Source of the DNA: Vulcanimicrobiales bacterium
Lineage (GTDB): Bacteria; Vulcanimicrobiota; Vulcanimicrobiia; Vulcanimicrobiales; Vulcanimicrobiaceae
NCBI GenBank assembly: GCA_038215615.1
Contig: JBBQQR010000006.1
Location: forward strand, 60,986 to 124,985
Direction of reading: 5' to 3'
Length of the DNA stretch: 64,000 bases
The translations under genes were made by a program, and so were the position numbers. The notes under the pieces are model-generated. The model searched no databases and was not told where the DNA came from. It was given only the letters and a program-made list of their open reading frames with translations. Each line of letters starts with the position of its first letter. Position 1 is the first letter of the stretch. This document shows, piece after piece, positions 28,772 to 41,896 of this stretch.

Positions 28772-30871
28772 ATGGCCCTCAACCGCGAATATCCGCTCGA
28801 GCGGACCCGTAACATCGGCATTGCAGCCCACATCGACGCCGGCAAGACGACGTGCACCGAGCGTATTCTCTTTTACACCGGCCGCACGCATAAGATCGGC
28901 GAAGTCCACGACGGCGCCGCCACGATGGACTGGATGGTGCAAGAGCAGGAACGCGGCATCACGATTACGTCGGCGGCGACTGCATGCACCTGGCGCGACA
29001 CCCGCATCAATATTATCGATACGCCCGGGCACGTGGACTTCACCGTTGAAGTCGAACGTTCGTTGCGAGTGCTCGATGGTTTGGTCGCGCTTTTCGACTC
29101 GGTAGCCGCCGTGCAGCCGCAATCGGAAACCGTCTGGCGTCAGGCTAATAAATACCGCGTGCCGCGCATCATCTTCGTCAACAAGATGGACCGCGTCGGC
29201 GCCGATTTTTTCAATGCCGTCGACAAAATTAAAGAGCGGCTGGGCGCCAATGCGACCCCGATTCAAGTCCCCATCGGCGCAGAAGACAAATTTGAAGGTG
29301 TTGTCGACCTGTTTTCGATGAAGAAGATCATTTACACTGACGACGCCGGATCGGCCATCGAAGAGTCAGAGGTGACGGGCGACCTGCGCGAGCAGGCACT
29401 GAAATGGCGCCTAAACCTAGTTGAGAACATCGCGAGCGAAGACGAAGAGCTGCTCGAAATGTTTGTCGCGGGCCAAGAACTTCCGCTCGATCGCATGAAG
29501 GCGGCGCTTCGCAAGGCGACGATCGACGGCAGTGTGCTGCCGATGCTCTGCGGATCGGCTTTCAAAAATAAGGGCGTACAGCCCCTGCTGGACGCTATCG
29601 TTGACTATCTGCCCTCTCCGCTCGAAGCCAAGCCGATCGTCGGCAAGGATCCGCAAAGCGGCGAAGAGATGCGGCGCAAGCCCGAGGACTCGGAACCGTT
29701 CTGCGCACTGGCTTTCAAGATTGCCACCGACCCGTATGGCAACCTGACGTACTTCCGCGTCTACAGCGGAACGCTGAACAAAGGCACCTACCTCTACAAC
29801 TCCCGTTCGGGGCGCAAAGAGCGGATCGGACGCATCCTGCGCATGCACGCCAACCATCGCGAAGATATCGATTCGATCGGCGCGGGCGATATTGCCGCAG
29901 CAGTCGGATTGACGGACACACGCACGGGCGACACGCTCTGCGACGAGAAGCAGGCGATCACCCTGGAATCGATTACGTTTCCGGAGCCGGTGATTTCGCA
30001 GGCCATCGAACCGAAGACCAAGGGCGATCAGGACAAGCTCGGCACCGCGCTCACGCGGCTGGCGCAAGAAGATCCTACCTTTAAGATGCGCACCGATGAA
30101 GAGACCCAGCAGACGATTATCTCCGGCATGGGCGAGCTCCACTTGGAGATCATCCTCGACCGGCTGCGCCGCGAGTTCAAAGTTGAAGCCAACGTCGGTA
30201 AACCGCAGGTCGCTTACAAAGAAGCGATCACCAAGACTGTTGAAAAGGAAGGCAAGTTCATCCGGCAGTCCGGCGGCAAAGGCCAATTCGGTGACATTTG
30301 GCTCAGAGTGGAGCCGCAAGAGCCCGGCACGGGCTTTGTCTTTGAATGGAAGATCGTTGGCGGCAAGGTTCCAAAGGAGTATGCTAAGGCGGTTCAGGAA
30401 GGCATCCAGGAGGCGTCGCTGAGCGGTGTTCTGGCGGGATATCCGGTTATGGACTTCAAGGCGGTCGCCTTCGACGGCAAATACCACGATGTAGACTCGT
30501 CCGAGATTGCGTTCAAAATTGCTGCGTCGATGGGCTTCAAAGAAGCCAATCGCGCCGCCGGGCCGATCTTGCTCGAGCCGATCATGAAGGTCGAGGTTAC
30601 GACGCCCAAAGACTATATGGGCGCGATTACCGGGGATTTGAATCGCCGGCGCGGCATTATCCAGGTTACGGAAGAAGCCCCGGGCGGCGCGCAAGTGATC
30701 ACAGCGAACGTACCGCTTTCCGAGATGTTTGGCTACGCGACCGACATGCGGTCGGCAACGCAGGGCCGGGCGACCTATACGATGGAGTTCGCGCACTACG
30801 AGAAGGCTCCGAAATTCATCGAAGAAGAAATCGTCGCGAAGGCCGCGGGCAAGAAAAGCTCAGCCGCCTAA
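28772..30871 (+). CDS. fusA: Elongation factor G
   Basis: [23 protein letters not shown]. Confidence 0.99.
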   Translation: MALNREYPLERTRNIGIAAHIDAGKTTCTERILFYTGRTHKIGEVHDGAATMDWMVQEQERGITITSAATACTWRDTRINIIDTPGHVDFTVEVERSLRVLDGLVALFDSVAAVQPQSETVWRQANKYRVPRIIFVNKMDRVGADFFNAVDKIKERLGANATPIQVPIGAEDKFEGVVDLFSMKKIIYTDDAGSAIEESEVTGDLREQALKWRLNLVENIASEDEELLEMFVAGQELPLDRMKAALRKATIDGSVLPMLCGSAFKNKGVQPLLDAIVDYLPSPLEAKPIVGKDPQSGEEMRRKPEDSEPFCALAFKIATDPYGNLTYFRVYSGTLNKGTYLYNSRSGRKERIGRILRMHANHREDIDSIGAGDIAAAVGLTDTRTGDTLCDEKQAITLESITFPEPVISQAIEPKTKGDQDKLGTALTRLAQEDPTFKMRTDEETQQTIISGMGELHLEIILDRLRREFKVEANVGKPQVAYKEAITKTVEKEGKFIRQSGGKGQFGDIWLRVEPQEPGTGFVFEWKIVGGKVPKEYAKAVQEGIQEASLSGVLAGYPVMDFKAVAFDGKYHDVDSSEIAFKIAASMGFKEANRAAGPILLEPIMKVEVTTPKDYMGAITGDLNRRRGIIQVTEEAPGGAQVITANVPLSEMFGYATDMRSATQGRATYTMEFAHYEKAPKFIEEEIVAKAAGKKSSAA

Positions 30872-30921
30872 GTGACGCGATTGCAAAACACTAGAGTTCT
30901 ATGAGGAAGACGACTTAAAAA

Positions 30922-32432
<1,511 letters not shown>

Positions 32433-32481
32433 CCGCCGCGCTTCGCGCGGACAAGCAGGCGGCCCCGGCGAATCTGGGGTC

Positions 32482-32907
32482 ATGCCGATTCCGCTGCACG
32501 AGGTTCGCGAGCGCACATTTTCCGGAACCCGCCGTCGCATTTTCCAGCTCTTCGTCGATATGGGGACGTCTAACGACATCATCTGGCCGTTCGCCGCGCA
32601 GCCGTTCATGCGTTCGCCAGGGCCGATGGTTGTCGGCCGCACGGAAGAATGGCATAACGGGTTCCACGCCGTGCTGGAAGAGGTTGTGCCCGAGGAAAAA
32701 ATCGTGTGGCGGATTCAGAACGACGGTGTTGACGGCACGCACGGGTTTTATCTCAGCGGCGACGCCAAGAAGACAACGGTGCAGCACCGCACCGATGCGA
32801 TACTGAACGATACCGAGGGCCGAATGCTGTGGCGACGCCTGGAAGATCAGCAAGAGCGCTCTATCGAAGCGCTCTTCGATAAGATCGCCCGCGTTCTCAA
32901 GCGGTAG
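32482..32907 (+). CDS. Hypothetical protein, possibly SRPBCC/START-like fold
   Basis: Beta-rich core with C-terminal helix; weak resemblance only. Confidence 0.6.
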   Translation: MPIPLHEVRERTFSGTRRRIFQLFVDMGTSNDIIWPFAAQPFMRSPGPMVVGRTEEWHNGFHAVLEEVVPEEKIVWRIQNDGVDGTHGFYLSGDAKKTTVQHRTDAILNDTEGRMLWRRLEDQQERSIEALFDKIARVLKR

Positions 32908-32914
32908 AGATTCA

Positions 32915-34084
32915 ATGGCAGCGTCGCCGGGCGCGCTCGACTTCCTGGGAATCGACGCGTTGCTCGACGATGAAGAACGCATGGTGCGCGACACGGTTCG
33001 CGCGTTCGTGCGCGATCGAATTTTGCCCAATATCGCGCAATGGTTCGAAAGCCACACGTTTCCGCGCGAACTTTCGCGAGAACTCGGAACGCTCGGCGTT
33101 CTCGGAATGCACTTACACGGTTACGGCTGTCCCGGCGCGAGTGCGGTTTCCTACGGCTTGGCGTGTTTGGAGCTGGAGGCGGGTGATTCGGGAATTCGCA
33201 GCTTTGCATCGGTGCAAGGCTCGCTGGCCATGTTCGCGATCAACCGTTGGGGCAGCGACGATCAAAAAGAAACGTGGCTTCCCCGCATGGCTAGGGGCGA
33301 ACTGATAGGCTGTTTCGGATTAACAGAGCCCGATTTCGGCAGCGATCCTTCGGGGATACGCACCGCCGCCCGGCGTGACGGCTCAGATTGGATTATCGAC
33401 GGGACCAAGGCGTGGATCACCAGCGGCGGCATTGCGGATGTCGCCATCGTGTGGGCGCAGACCGATGAAGGCATTCGCGGGTTTATCGTTCCGTCAAAGA
33501 CAAAAGGCTTTGCCGCGCATGCCATCGAGCGCAAAATTTCACTGCGGGCGTCGGTAACTTCAGAGCTCGTTTTCGAGAATTGCCGGGTTCCCGACGATGC
33601 GGCCTTTCCCGAAGTGCGCGGTTTACGCGGCCCGCTGGCATGTTTGAATGAAGCCCGCTACGGCGTGCTTTGGGGCGCGATGGGCGCCGCGCGCAGCTGT
33701 TATGAAACGGCACTTGAATACGCCAAGTCGCGCCAACAGTTCGGCCGACCGATTGCCGGCTTCCAATTAACGCAGCAAAAGCTGGTCAAGATGTTGCTCG
33801 AATTGAACAAGGGTACGTTGCTGGCTTTGCACATCGGACGCATGAAGGACGCCGGAAATGCGCATCCCGCGCATATCAGTTTCGGGAAACTGAACAACGT
33901 TCGCGAAGCGCTGGCGATCGCGCGCGAAGCACGCAGCGTCCTAGGAGCCAACGGCGTCACGCTTGAGTATCCCGTGATTCGTCATATGAACAATCTGGAG
34001 TCGGTATTCACCTACGAAGGCACCAACGAAATCCACACGTTAATTCTCGGTCAAGCAATCACGGGCTTGAACGCTTTTACCTAA
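32915..34084 (+). CDS. gcdH: Acyl-CoA dehydrogenase (glutaryl-CoA dehydrogenase-like)
   Basis: GCFGLTEPDFGSDP, SLRASVT, TYEGT motifs. Confidence 0.88.
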   Translation: MAASPGALDFLGIDALLDDEERMVRDTVRAFVRDRILPNIAQWFESHTFPRELSRELGTLGVLGMHLHGYGCPGASAVSYGLACLELEAGDSGIRSFASVQGSLAMFAINRWGSDDQKETWLPRMARGELIGCFGLTEPDFGSDPSGIRTAARRDGSDWIIDGTKAWITSGGIADVAIVWAQTDEGIRGFIVPSKTKGFAAHAIERKISLRASVTSELVFENCRVPDDAAFPEVRGLRGPLACLNEARYGVLWGAMGAARSCYETALEYAKSRQQFGRPIAGFQLTQQKLVKMLLELNKGTLLALHIGRMKDAGNAHPAHISFGKLNNVREALAIAREARSVLGANGVTLEYPVIRHMNNLESVFTYEGTNEIHTLILGQAITGLNAFT

Positions 34085-34250
34085 GCGAGGTTCTGGTCAA
34101 CAAACGCTCTTGCGCTGTGGATTAGCCTGCCCCGAAGGGGCCCCCGGCCGTCGGGCGGCTTGTGACTGCTTACGGGGTCTACGATTGCAAATTCGTTCGA
34201 AGCGACCGCCCTTCAATAGAAGAGAGACAGTCGGCCGCGTCCCGTTCCGC

Positions 34251-34279
34251 TTGACGGGCGGGGCACCACCTGTTACTAT
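34251..34279 (+). promoter_or_regulatory. sigma70 promoter for the rplC block
   Basis: TTGACG-N17-TACTAT with extended -10 TG. Confidence 0.75.
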
Positions 34280-34366
34280 CCCGAGGTTGCCCTCGCCGGC
34301 GGCTGCTTTTTGCGCGCCGGACGGGAATATAACCAATACGCCAGGGTCCGTGGAGACTAACTGCTG

Positions 34367-34999
34367 ATGAAGAACATCCTCGGCCGCAAGGTTGGGATGA
34401 CGAGCGTGTTCACCGACGATGGCCGCTACGTGCCGGTTACGGTGATTGCGGCCGGTCCTTGCACCGTCGTAGAACGCCGGTCAAAAGATACGCACGGCTA
34501 CGAAGCCGTCGCGCTTGCGTTCGGCGACGTGAAGAAGTCTCGCGTGAACCGCGCCATGACCGGACACTATAAGAAGGCGGGCGTCGAACCGCGACGGTGG
34601 ACTCGCGAGTTCCGCCAGGACATCGACGGCGTGGAAGCCGGTCAAACGATCACGGTTTCGCAGTTCGAAGCCGGCGACCGCGTCGACGTCGTCGGCGTTT
34701 CGAAAGGTCACGGTTTTTCGGGCGGCATCAAACGGCATAACTTTCGGGGCGGCGGCGCGAGCCACGGCTCCATGATCCATCGTCAGCCTGGCTCCAACGG
34801 CGACACCAACGCCGGACGTACCGTCAAAGGCAGCCGGCGTCCCGGGCATTACGGCGTCGACCGCACGACGCATCAAAATTTGGAAATCGTGCGTACGGAC
34901 GCGGAGCGGAATTTGTTGCTCGTGCGCGGTCCGGTGCCGGGGCCCAAAAACGCGCTTGTGATCGTCACGCGTACGACCAAAGCGAAAGCGGCCAGCTAA
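34367..34999 (+). CDS. rplC: 50S ribosomal protein L3
   Basis: GRKVGMT, SKGHGFSGGIKRHNF. Confidence 0.98.
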   Translation: MKNILGRKVGMTSVFTDDGRYVPVTVIAAGPCTVVERRSKDTHGYEAVALAFGDVKKSRVNRAMTGHYKKAGVEPRRWTREFRQDIDGVEAGQTITVSQFEAGDRVDVVGVSKGHGFSGGIKRHNFRGGGASHGSMIHRQPGSNGDTNAGRTVKGSRRPGHYGVDRTTHQNLEIVRTDAERNLLLVRGPVPGPKNALVIVTRTTKAKAAS

Positions 35000-35646
35000 T
35001 GCCGCACGTGATCGATCTCAAAGGAAAAGTTGTGCGCGAAGAACCCGTGCCCGAGATCCTCGGACGCGATTATAGCGATAAGCAGCACGCAATCTTCCGC
35101 GCGGTTTTCCGCGAACTCGCCAACCCGCGCGCCGGAACGGGCTCGACCAAGAAGCGCGACGAGGTCGCCGGCGGCGGACGCAAGCCTTGGCGCCAAAAAG
35201 GTACCGGCCGCGCTCGCCAAGGTTCGATTCGTTCGCCGCAATGGCGCCACGGCGGGGTCGTGTTCGGTCCGCAGCCCCGCAGTTACGTCAGCGACCTCAA
35301 CAAAAAAGAGCGCCGCGCCGCATTTGTGGCCGCGCTTGCCGATCGTTTCCGCAACGATGCCGTGTCGGTGCTCGACACCCAAGATTTCGCGCTCACGAAG
35401 ACGGCCGAATTCGCGCAGCTGCTTTTCGGCGGCGCCAAAGAGGCGAAGAAAGCGGTCAGCACGCTGGTCGTGCACGGACGCGACGAACGCTCGGCCGGCG
35501 CAATGCAGCGCGTTGGGAGAAACTTGAGAAAAGTGTCGTTCACGAATACGGGCGCACTCGACGTGAAAGACGTGCTCCGGTTCAACCGGCTGATTTTTAC
35601 CGCTGAAGCCTACGCCGAACTGCTCAACACGCTGGGAGCCAAATAA
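34999..35646 (+). CDS. rplD: 50S ribosomal protein L4
   Basis: KPWRQKGTGRARQGS. Confidence 0.98.
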   Translation: MPHVIDLKGKVVREEPVPEILGRDYSDKQHAIFRAVFRELANPRAGTGSTKKRDEVAGGGRKPWRQKGTGRARQGSIRSPQWRHGGVVFGPQPRSYVSDLNKKERRAAFVAALADRFRNDAVSVLDTQDFALTKTAEFAQLLFGGAKEAKKAVSTLVVHGRDERSAGAMQRVGRNLRKVSFTNTGALDVKDVLRFNRLIFTAEAYAELLNTLGAK

Positions 35647-35954
35647 TGGAAGCCCGGGACGTCATCATCGCTCCGCGGATCTCTGAAAAGTCTATGGCCG
35701 AAGCCCTCGGTCATCAATACAGCTTCACCGTTCACCCCCAGGCGACCAAAACGCAGATCCGTCACGCGATTGAAGAAATTTTCAAAGTAAACGTGATCAA
35801 GGTCAATACCGTCAATGTCGGCGGGAAGCGCCGCAATTTTGCGCGCCGCGGGCTGCGCACTCAGGGCCGCACCAAAGACTACAAAAAAGCTATCGTTACG
35901 CTGAAGGCCGGTCAAAAGATCGAGCTGGGTGGCGTCAACTACTTCGAGCAATAA
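35646..35954 (+). CDS. rplW: 50S ribosomal protein L23
   Basis: PRISEK, KKAIVTL. Confidence 0.97.
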   Translation: MEARDVIIAPRISEKSMAEALGHQYSFTVHPQATKTQIRHAIEEIFKVNVIKVNTVNVGGKRRNFARRGLRTQGRTKDYKKAIVTLKAGQKIELGGVNYFEQ

Positions 35955-35957
35955 GCG

Positions 35958-36785
35958 ATGCCTGTAAAAAAATATAAAGCTACCAGCGCCGGCAAGCGCT
36001 TTATGACGACGATGGATTTCTCGGACCTTTCGAAGGTTCCACCTGAGAAATCGCTTACCGAAGTGCGCAAGAAACATTCGGGCCGCAACTTCAACGGCCA
36101 CATCACCGTGCGCCACAAGGGCGGCGGTACGCGCAAAATGTACCGGATTATCGATTTTAAGCGCACCAAGGACGCGATTCCCGGAAAAGTGGCGACCCTC
36201 GAATACGATCCCAACAGATCCGCGCGGATCGCGCTGATAAATTACCGGGACGGGGAGAAGCGCTATATCCTGGCGCCGGCCGGCCTCAAAGTCGGCGACA
36301 CGATCGAATCGGGTCCGGCCGCGGACATCAAAAACGGCAACTGTTTGCCGCTGAAAAATATTCCGGTCGGTACGGTCATTCACAACATCGAGCTCCGTCC
36401 GGGGCAGGGCGCGAAACTCGTGCGCAGCGCCGGCGGCGCGGCTCAGCTCATGGCCAAGGAAACCGAATACGCCCAAGTGCGCATGCCTTCAGGCGAAGTT
36501 CGTCAGATACTCGCCGTGTGCCGCGCTACGATCGGACAGCTCGGGAACGTGGAGCATGAGAACGAGATCATCGGAAAAGCGGGACGTCAGCGTCACCGTG
36601 GCGTGCGCCCGACGGTGCGCGGAATCGCGATGAATCCGGTCGACCATCCGCACGGCGGCGGCGAAGCGCGCTCCACGTCGGGGCGGCCGCCAACGACGCC
36701 TTGGGGACAGATGACGATGGGCAAAAAGACGCGGCGCAACAAACGTACCTCTAAAATGATCGTAAGAAAGCGCGGAGCGAAGTAA
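35958..36785 (+). CDS. rplB: 50S ribosomal protein L2
   Basis: [22 protein letters not shown]. Confidence 0.99.
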   Translation: MPVKKYKATSAGKRFMTTMDFSDLSKVPPEKSLTEVRKKHSGRNFNGHITVRHKGGGTRKMYRIIDFKRTKDAIPGKVATLEYDPNRSARIALINYRDGEKRYILAPAGLKVGDTIESGPAADIKNGNCLPLKNIPVGTVIHNIELRPGQGAKLVRSAGGAAQLMAKETEYAQVRMPSGEVRQILAVCRATIGQLGNVEHENEIIGKAGRQRHRGVRPTVRGIAMNPVDHPHGGGEARSTSGRPPTTPWGQMTMGKKTRRNKRTSKMIVRKRGAK

Positions 36786-37123
36786 TGGGACGCAGCTTGA
36801 AAAAGGGTCCGTTCGTAGCGGATCACTTGCTGAAAAAGATCGAAGCGCTGAACGAACGCCGCGAAAAGCGCGTCGTGCGTACCTGGAGCCGGTCGTCGAC
36901 GATCGTCCCGGCAATGGTCGGGCACACGATCGGCGTGCACAACGGCAAAGCGCACATTCCGGTTTTCGTTACCGAAAATATGGTCGGTCACAAACTTGGG
37001 GAGTTCGCGCCTACGCGTATCTTCCGCGCGCATAGCGGCGAGAAGTCCGCGGTGAAAGCGGCGGCGTCCGCGGCCGGCGGGGCGCCCGGAGCGCCTGCCG
37101 CAGCTCCGGCGGCGAGTTCATGA
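36785..37123 (+). CDS. rpsS: 30S ribosomal protein S19 (Ala-rich C-tail)
   Basis: [19 protein letters not shown]. Confidence 0.98.
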   Translation: MGRSLKKGPFVADHLLKKIEALNERREKRVVRTWSRSSTIVPAMVGHTIGVHNGKAHIPVFVTENMVGHKLGEFAPTRIFRAHSGEKSAVKAAASAAGGAPGAPAAAPAASS

Positions 37124-37614
37124 CGAAATCCGGCGAGCGCACCGAAGCGGTGGCGCATTTGAAATTCGCGCGCATGGGGCCGCGCAAGCTGCGCCGCGTT
37201 GCCGACGCGATCCGGGGCAAGAACGTCAAAGACGCTTTGGTCCTCTTGCAGTTTGCCGGGGTTTTTGCCGCCGAGCCGATCGAGAAGCTGGTTCGCAGCG
37301 CGGTCGCCAACGCGGAGAACAATCACGACATGAACGCCGACGATTTGTTCATTTCCAAAATCATGGTAGACGGCGGACCTGGGGGCGGGATCACGAAGCG
37401 ATTGGATCCGCGCGCCCAAGGGCGTGCGAACTTCAAGCGCAAGCGCCTGTCGCATGTAACGGTTGCCGTGGCGGAAAGACCCGCCGCGAAGCTCGCCCGC
37501 GCGCACAAGAAAGAAACCGAATCGGCCACGAAAGCGCCGGCACGGCGGAAGGCTCCGGCGCGTAAATCACCGGCACGCAAGAAGAAGACTGCAAAGGCGG
37601 GAGCGCGAGCATAA
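37120..37614 (+). CDS. rplV: 50S ribosomal protein L22 (Lys/Arg-rich C-tail)
   Basis: [16 protein letters not shown]. Confidence 0.97.
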   Translation: MTKSGERTEAVAHLKFARMGPRKLRRVADAIRGKNVKDALVLLQFAGVFAAEPIEKLVRSAVANAENNHDMNADDLFISKIMVDGGPGGGITKRLDPRAQGRANFKRKRLSHVTVAVAERPAAKLARAHKKETESATKAPARRKAPARKSPARKKKTAKAGARA

Positions 37615-37615
37615 T

Positions 37616-38563
37616 ATGGGACAGAAGATACACCCCGTCGGCTTGCGCTTAGGAATCACGCGCACGTGGGACAGCCGCTGGTTCGAGAAAAAACATTACC
37701 GCGCTTGGCTGCACGAAGACGTCAAGATTCGCAAGTATTTCGCGCGCTGGACTCGTCCGGCCGCGATCAGCAAAATCGAAATCGAACGGCGTTCGAATCA
37801 AACTCGCGTGATCGTGAATACGGCTAAGCCCGGTATCATCATCGGCAAGCGCGGCGTGGGCATCGAAGAGATCCGTAAGGGCCTCGAGACGCTTACCGGC
37901 AAGACCGTGCAAGTCAACGTGATGGAGATCAAGCATCCCGAGTTGGACGCACGTCTCGTCGGTCAGAACATCGTCGACCAGCTCGAGAAACGAATCGCTT
38001 TCCGCCGCGCGATGAAACAGGCGATTATGCGCAGCATGCGCGCGGGAGCGCGCGGCATAAAGGTGCAGGTCTCGGGACGTCTGGGCGGCGCGGAAATCGC
38101 GCGCACCGAACGCAACCACGACGGTAAGGTTCCGCTGCATACTCTGCGCGCCGACATCGATTACGCTCACGTGGAAGCCTTTACGACGTTCGGCCGCATC
38201 GGCGTAAAAGTGTGGATCTATCGCGGCGAAGTGCTTCCCGAACACACACGCGGACCGGAGGCACAGGGCCGCGGCCCGCAATTCCCGGAACGCCGCGAAC
38301 GCGGCGGACGCGCACGCCGCCCGGCGGTACACACCGAAATGCCCGAAGCGGTCTCTGATTTTCCGGTCGCGGACAGCGCGGAAGCCGGACAGATCGTTCC
38401 GCCCGTTGCGGATCAGCAGCCGGAGACTGCCGCGGAAGCGCCGGCGGTACAAGCGCCTGTTGCTGAAGCGCCCGTTGCAGAAGCGCCCGTTGCAGAAATG
38501 CCGGCGGCCGAGGAACCTGCGAAGACCGAAGAGCCGGCGCAGCCCGAGGGTCCGGTGGAATAA
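37616..38563 (+). CDS. rpsC: 30S ribosomal protein S3 (acidic C-tail)
   Basis: [24 protein letters not shown]. Confidence 0.98.
   Translation: MGQKIHPVGLRLGITRTWDSRWFEKKHYRAWLHEDVKIRKYFARWTRPAAISKIEIERRSNQTRVIVNTAKPGIIIGKRGVGIEEIRKGLETLTGKTVQVNVMEIKHPELDARLVGQNIVDQLEKRIAFRRAMKQAIMRSMRAGARGIKVQVSGRLGGAEIARTERNHDGKVPLHTLRADIDYAHVEAFTTFGRIGVKVWIYRGEVLPEHTRGPEAQGRGPQFPERRERGGRARRPAVHTEMPEAVSDFPVADSAEAGQIVPPVADQQPETAAEAPAVQAPVAEAPVAEAPVAEMPAAEEPAKTEEPAQPEGPVE
38453..38497 (+). repeat. In-frame 15-bp tandem repeat x3 (APVAE) in the S3 tail
   Basis: GCGCCTGTTGCTGAA GCGCCCGTTGCAGAA GCGCCCGTTGCAGAA. Confidence 0.85.
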
Positions 38564-38982
38564 TGCTGACACCCAAACGCGTCAAATGGCGCAAGGTCCA
38601 CCGGGGACGTATGAAGGGCCGCGCTATGCGCGGCAACTCGCTGACGTTCGGCGAAACGGGTTTGCAGGCGCTAGAGCCATGTTGGCTGACGAACCGCCAA
38701 ATCGAGGCCGCGCGTATCGCGATGACGCGCCATATCAAACGCGGCGGCAAAGTGTGGATTAAGATTTTCCCCGACAAGTCGGTGACGAAAAAACCGGCTG
38801 AAGTCCGCATGGGCGCCGGCAAGGGAAACCCGGAGTTTTGGGTTGCCGTCGTGCGCCCGGGACGCGTGCTCTTCGAATTATCGGGCGTCGAACCCGAGGT
38901 CGCTAAACGCGCACTGCAGCTGGCGGCTTCGAAACTGCCGATCAAGACGAAGCTGATCACCCGCGAGGAGGCGCAGGCATGA
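38563..38982 (+). CDS. rplP: 50S ribosomal protein L16
   Basis: [16 protein letters not shown]. Confidence 0.98.
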   Translation: MLTPKRVKWRKVHRGRMKGRAMRGNSLTFGETGLQALEPCWLTNRQIEAARIAMTRHIKRGGKVWIKIFPDKSVTKKPAEVRMGAGKGNPEFWVAVVRPGRVLFELSGVEPEVAKRALQLAASKLPIKTKLITREEAQA

Positions 38983-39197
38983 AGGGCAACGAGCTCAAGG
39001 AGCTGCGCGGCCTTACGATTGCCGAGTTGCAAACGAAGGCTCGCGAAACGAAAGAAGAGCTGTTCAACCTGCGCTTTGCGCTGCGTACAGGGCATCTCTC
39101 CGATTTCAGCAAGGTTCGCGCGATCCGGCGTGCCTACGCGCAAATTCACACCGTCATTTCTGAAAAGCGTCTGCGGGAGGTCAAAAATGCCGGTTGA
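38979..39197 (+). CDS. rpmC: 50S ribosomal protein L29
   Basis: ELFNLRF and conserved position. Confidence 0.95.
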   Translation: MKGNELKELRGLTIAELQTKARETKEELFNLRFALRTGHLSDFSKVRAIRRAYAQIHTVISEKRLREVKNAG

Positions 39198-39450
39198 ACG
39201 GCGTCATAAGCGGCGCTTGAAGCAAGGCCGTGTCGTCTCCGATAAAATGGACAAGACGATCGTCGTGCTTTCGGAAACGCGCGTCGCGCATCCGGTCTAC
39301 GGAAAGATCGTGCGCAAGTCGGTCAAGTTCAAAGCGCACGATGAAAAAAACGAAGCGAAGGCGGGCGATACCGTGCGCATTGCTGAGGCGCGACCGCTCT
39401 CCCGCGACAAGCGCTGGCGTTTGGTCGAGATTATCGAGCGAGCAAAGTGA
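39187..39450 (+). CDS. rpsQ: 30S ribosomal protein S17
   Basis: [18 protein letters not shown]. Confidence 0.97.
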   Translation: MPVERRHKRRLKQGRVVSDKMDKTIVVLSETRVAHPVYGKIVRKSVKFKAHDEKNEAKAGDTVRIAEARPLSRDKRWRLVEIIERAK

Positions 39451-39821
39451 TCCAGCAAGAAACGCGGCTGAAAGTGGCCGACAATTCTGGAGCGCGCGAG
39501 CTCCTCTGCATTCACGTGCAGGGCGGCAGCCGCCATCCCTACGCCCGAGTCGGTGACGTGATCGTCGGCACGGTGAAGAGCGCTATCCCGGGCGCAGCCG
39601 TCAAAAAAGGCCAGGTTGTTCAAGCTGTGGTCGTGCGTACGTCTGCGCCGATTCGCCGGCCCGACGGCTCGGTCGTCAAATGCGACGACAACGCGTGTGT
39701 GGTTCTCAAGGGCGAAAAAGATCTGGATCCGCGCGGCACGCGCGTCTTCGGACCGGTGATGCGCGAGTTGCGCGACCGCGGGTTTTTGAAGATCGCTTCG
39801 CTAGCGCCGGAGGTGCTGTAA
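39447..39821 (+). CDS. rplN: 50S ribosomal protein L14
   Basis: [22 protein letters not shown]. Confidence 0.98.
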   Translation: MIQQETRLKVADNSGARELLCIHVQGGSRHPYARVGDVIVGTVKSAIPGAAVKKGQVVQAVVVRTSAPIRRPDGSVVKCDDNACVVLKGEKDLDPRGTRVFGPVMRELRDRGFLKIASLAPEVL

Positions 39822-40174
39822 TGCCGAACATCGTGAAAGGCGATACGGTGCTGATCCGCCGCGGAAAAGAGCGTGGAAAGCGCGGCGTCGTTAAGGCAAT
39901 CTTTCCGCGCGCCGGCATGGCGACCGTGGAAGGCCTGAACATCGTGAAGCGGCACACCAAACCGGGAGCGCCCAAACAGCAGAACATGGGCGGCTCGGCG
40001 CAATCGGGCGGAATTCTCGAAAAAGAGGCACCGCTGCCGCTCAGCGCGCTGCAGTACGTCTGCGAAAAGTGTAAGAACCCGACGCGGCTACGGCATCACG
40101 AGACGCCTGAGGGCACGCATCGCGTGTGCGCCAAGTGTGGTGAGCCCGCGCGCCTGCCGGTCAAGGGAGCGTAA
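39821..40174 (+). CDS. rplX: 50S ribosomal protein L24 (with CxxC..CxxC)
   Basis: KOW motif KGDTV..GKERGKRG; CEKC and CAKC. Confidence 0.96.
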   Translation: MPNIVKGDTVLIRRGKERGKRGVVKAIFPRAGMATVEGLNIVKRHTKPGAPKQQNMGGSAQSGGILEKEAPLPLSALQYVCEKCKNPTRLRHHETPEGTHRVCAKCGEPARLPVKGA

Positions 40175-40177
40175 GCG

Positions 40178-40741
40178 ATGACCGCACGTTTGAGAGAAAA
40201 GTACGAAAAAGACGTCCGCAAACAGCTGACCGAGCGGTTCGGATACAAGAATCCGCACCAGGTTCCGAAGCTGGAGAAGGTCGTCATCAACATGAGCGTC
40301 GGCGAAGCGATCGCCAACCCGAAGGCGCTCGATGCGGCCGCATCCGAGATGCAGGCGATCAGCGGACAAAAGCCGGTTATCGCCAAGGCAAAGAAATCGA
40401 TCGCGGCGTTCAAACTCCGCGAAGGCGTGAACATCGCCGCGAAAGTTACCCTGCGCGGCGACCGCATGTACGTGTTTCTCGATAAGCTCTTCAACGTGGT
40501 ATTGCCGCGTATCCGCGATTTTCGTGGCCTTTCGCGTAAGTCGTTCGACGGCCGCGGCAACTACAACATGGGGTTGCGGGAACAAATCGTTTTCCCTGAG
40601 ATCAACTACGACAAGGTCGACAAGATGCGCGGCATGGATATCGTCATCGTCACGAGTGCAAAAAACGACGAAGAGGCGACCGAGTTCCTCACCGCGATGG
40701 GTCTGCCGCTTCAGCGAACCGCTGCGGCGCAAGGTAAATAA
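40178..40741 (+). CDS. rplE: 50S ribosomal protein L5
   Basis: [16 protein letters not shown]. Confidence 0.98.
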   Translation: MTARLREKYEKDVRKQLTERFGYKNPHQVPKLEKVVINMSVGEAIANPKALDAAASEMQAISGQKPVIAKAKKSIAAFKLREGVNIAAKVTLRGDRMYVFLDKLFNVVLPRIRDFRGLSRKSFDGRGNYNMGLREQIVFPEINYDKVDKMRGMDIVIVTSAKNDEEATEFLTAMGLPLQRTAAAQGK

Positions 40742-40751
40742 GGAAGCAGAA

Positions 40752-40937
40752 TTGGCTAAAACCGCCTTAATCGAGAAATCGAAACGCAAACCGAAGTTCA
40801 AAGTGCGCGCGCACAACCGGTGCGAACTGTGCGGCCGTCCGCGCGGTTTTTACCGTAAGTTTGGCTTGTGCCGCATTTGCTTCCGGGAAAACGCCCATAA
40901 GGGCAACATCCCCGGCATCGTCAAGGCTTCGTGGTAG
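40752..40937 (+). CDS. rpsZ: 30S ribosomal protein S14, Zn-binding 61-aa type
   Basis: [24 protein letters not shown] start. Confidence 0.96.
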   Translation: MAKTALIEKSKRKPKFKVRAHNRCELCGRPRGFYRKFGLCRICFRENAHKGNIPGIVKASW

Positions 40938-40941
40938 CACC

Positions 40942-41343
40942 ATGTCAGTCATAACCGATCCGATCGCCGACATGCTGACCCGCATTCGCAACGCGAATAC
41001 GGCCAATCACGACGCCGTCGACATTCCGGCTTCGCGTACGAAGGTCGCCGTCGCTTCGATCCTCAAGGACGAAGGCTTCATCAACGACTACGAACGGCTC
41101 AACGAAGGTCCGCAAGGAACGCTTCGTCTCAAACTCAAGTACGGGCCGAACAAAGAGAAAATTATCACCGGTCTGCGGCGCATTTCGCGCCCCGGCTTGC
41201 GCGTCTATACGAACAAGACGGAGATCCCGCGCGTGCTGGGCGGCCTGGGATTAGTTATCATGTCGACGTCGCGGGGCATCATGTCCGGCCGGCGCGCCAA
41301 AAAAGAAGGCTGCGGGGGCGAAGTCCTCGCTTACGTGTGGTAA
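40942..41343 (+). CDS. rpsH: 30S ribosomal protein S8
   Basis: [23 protein letters not shown]. Confidence 0.98.
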   Translation: MSVITDPIADMLTRIRNANTANHDAVDIPASRTKVAVASILKDEGFINDYERLNEGPQGTLRLKLKYGPNKEKIITGLRRISRPGLRVYTNKTEIPRVLGGLGLVIMSTSRGIMSGRRAKKEGCGGEVLAYVW

Positions 41344-41347
41344 CGGG

Positions 41348-41896
41348 ATGTCACGCATAGGAAAACTCGCCATCCCCGTACCGACCGGCGTGACCGTAAA
41401 CGTCGCGGACGACGTCGTGCACGTGAAAGGGCCCAAAGGCGAACTCAAACAGGAGACCGCCCATCACGTTGCCGTGCGCGTTGAGGATGGCAAAGTCGTC
41501 GTCGAACGCACGGGCAATGAAAAAGTGCACCGCGCCGCTCACGGTTTGACGCGCACGCTCGTGAACAATATGGTCGAAGGCGTCAGCAAGGGCTTCCGTA
41601 AGAGCTTGGAAATTCAAGGCGTCGGTTACCGCGCTTCAAAGGCGGGCGAAAAGATCAACCTTACGCTCGGATTGTCTCACCCGGTCTCTTACGATCCGCC
41701 CAAAGGCGTGACGCTGACCGTCGAAGGCACGACGAAGATCCACGTTGAGGGCATCGACAAACAGAAGGTAGGGCAAGTCGCAGCCGAGATCCGCAACCTT
41801 CGCCCACCCGAACCATATAAGGGCAAAGGCATTCGCTACGAAGGCGAATACGTTCGCAAGAAGCTCGGCAAAGCCGGTAAGGCAGCGAAATCATAA
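41348..41896 (+). CDS. rplF: 50S ribosomal protein L6
   Basis: [14 protein letters not shown]. Confidence 0.98.
   Translation: MSRIGKLAIPVPTGVTVNVADDVVHVKGPKGELKQETAHHVAVRVEDGKVVVERTGNEKVHRAAHGLTRTLVNNMVEGVSKGFRKSLEIQGVGYRASKAGEKINLTLGLSHPVSYDPPKGVTLTVEGTTKIHVEGIDKQKVGQVAAEIRNLRPPEPYKGKGIRYEGEYVRKKLGKAGKAAKS

Noticed and set aside
34097..34367. 79-aa and 85-aa ORFs in the gcdH-rplC gap
   Set aside because: No RBS or protein-like features; they overlap the promoter and structured elements
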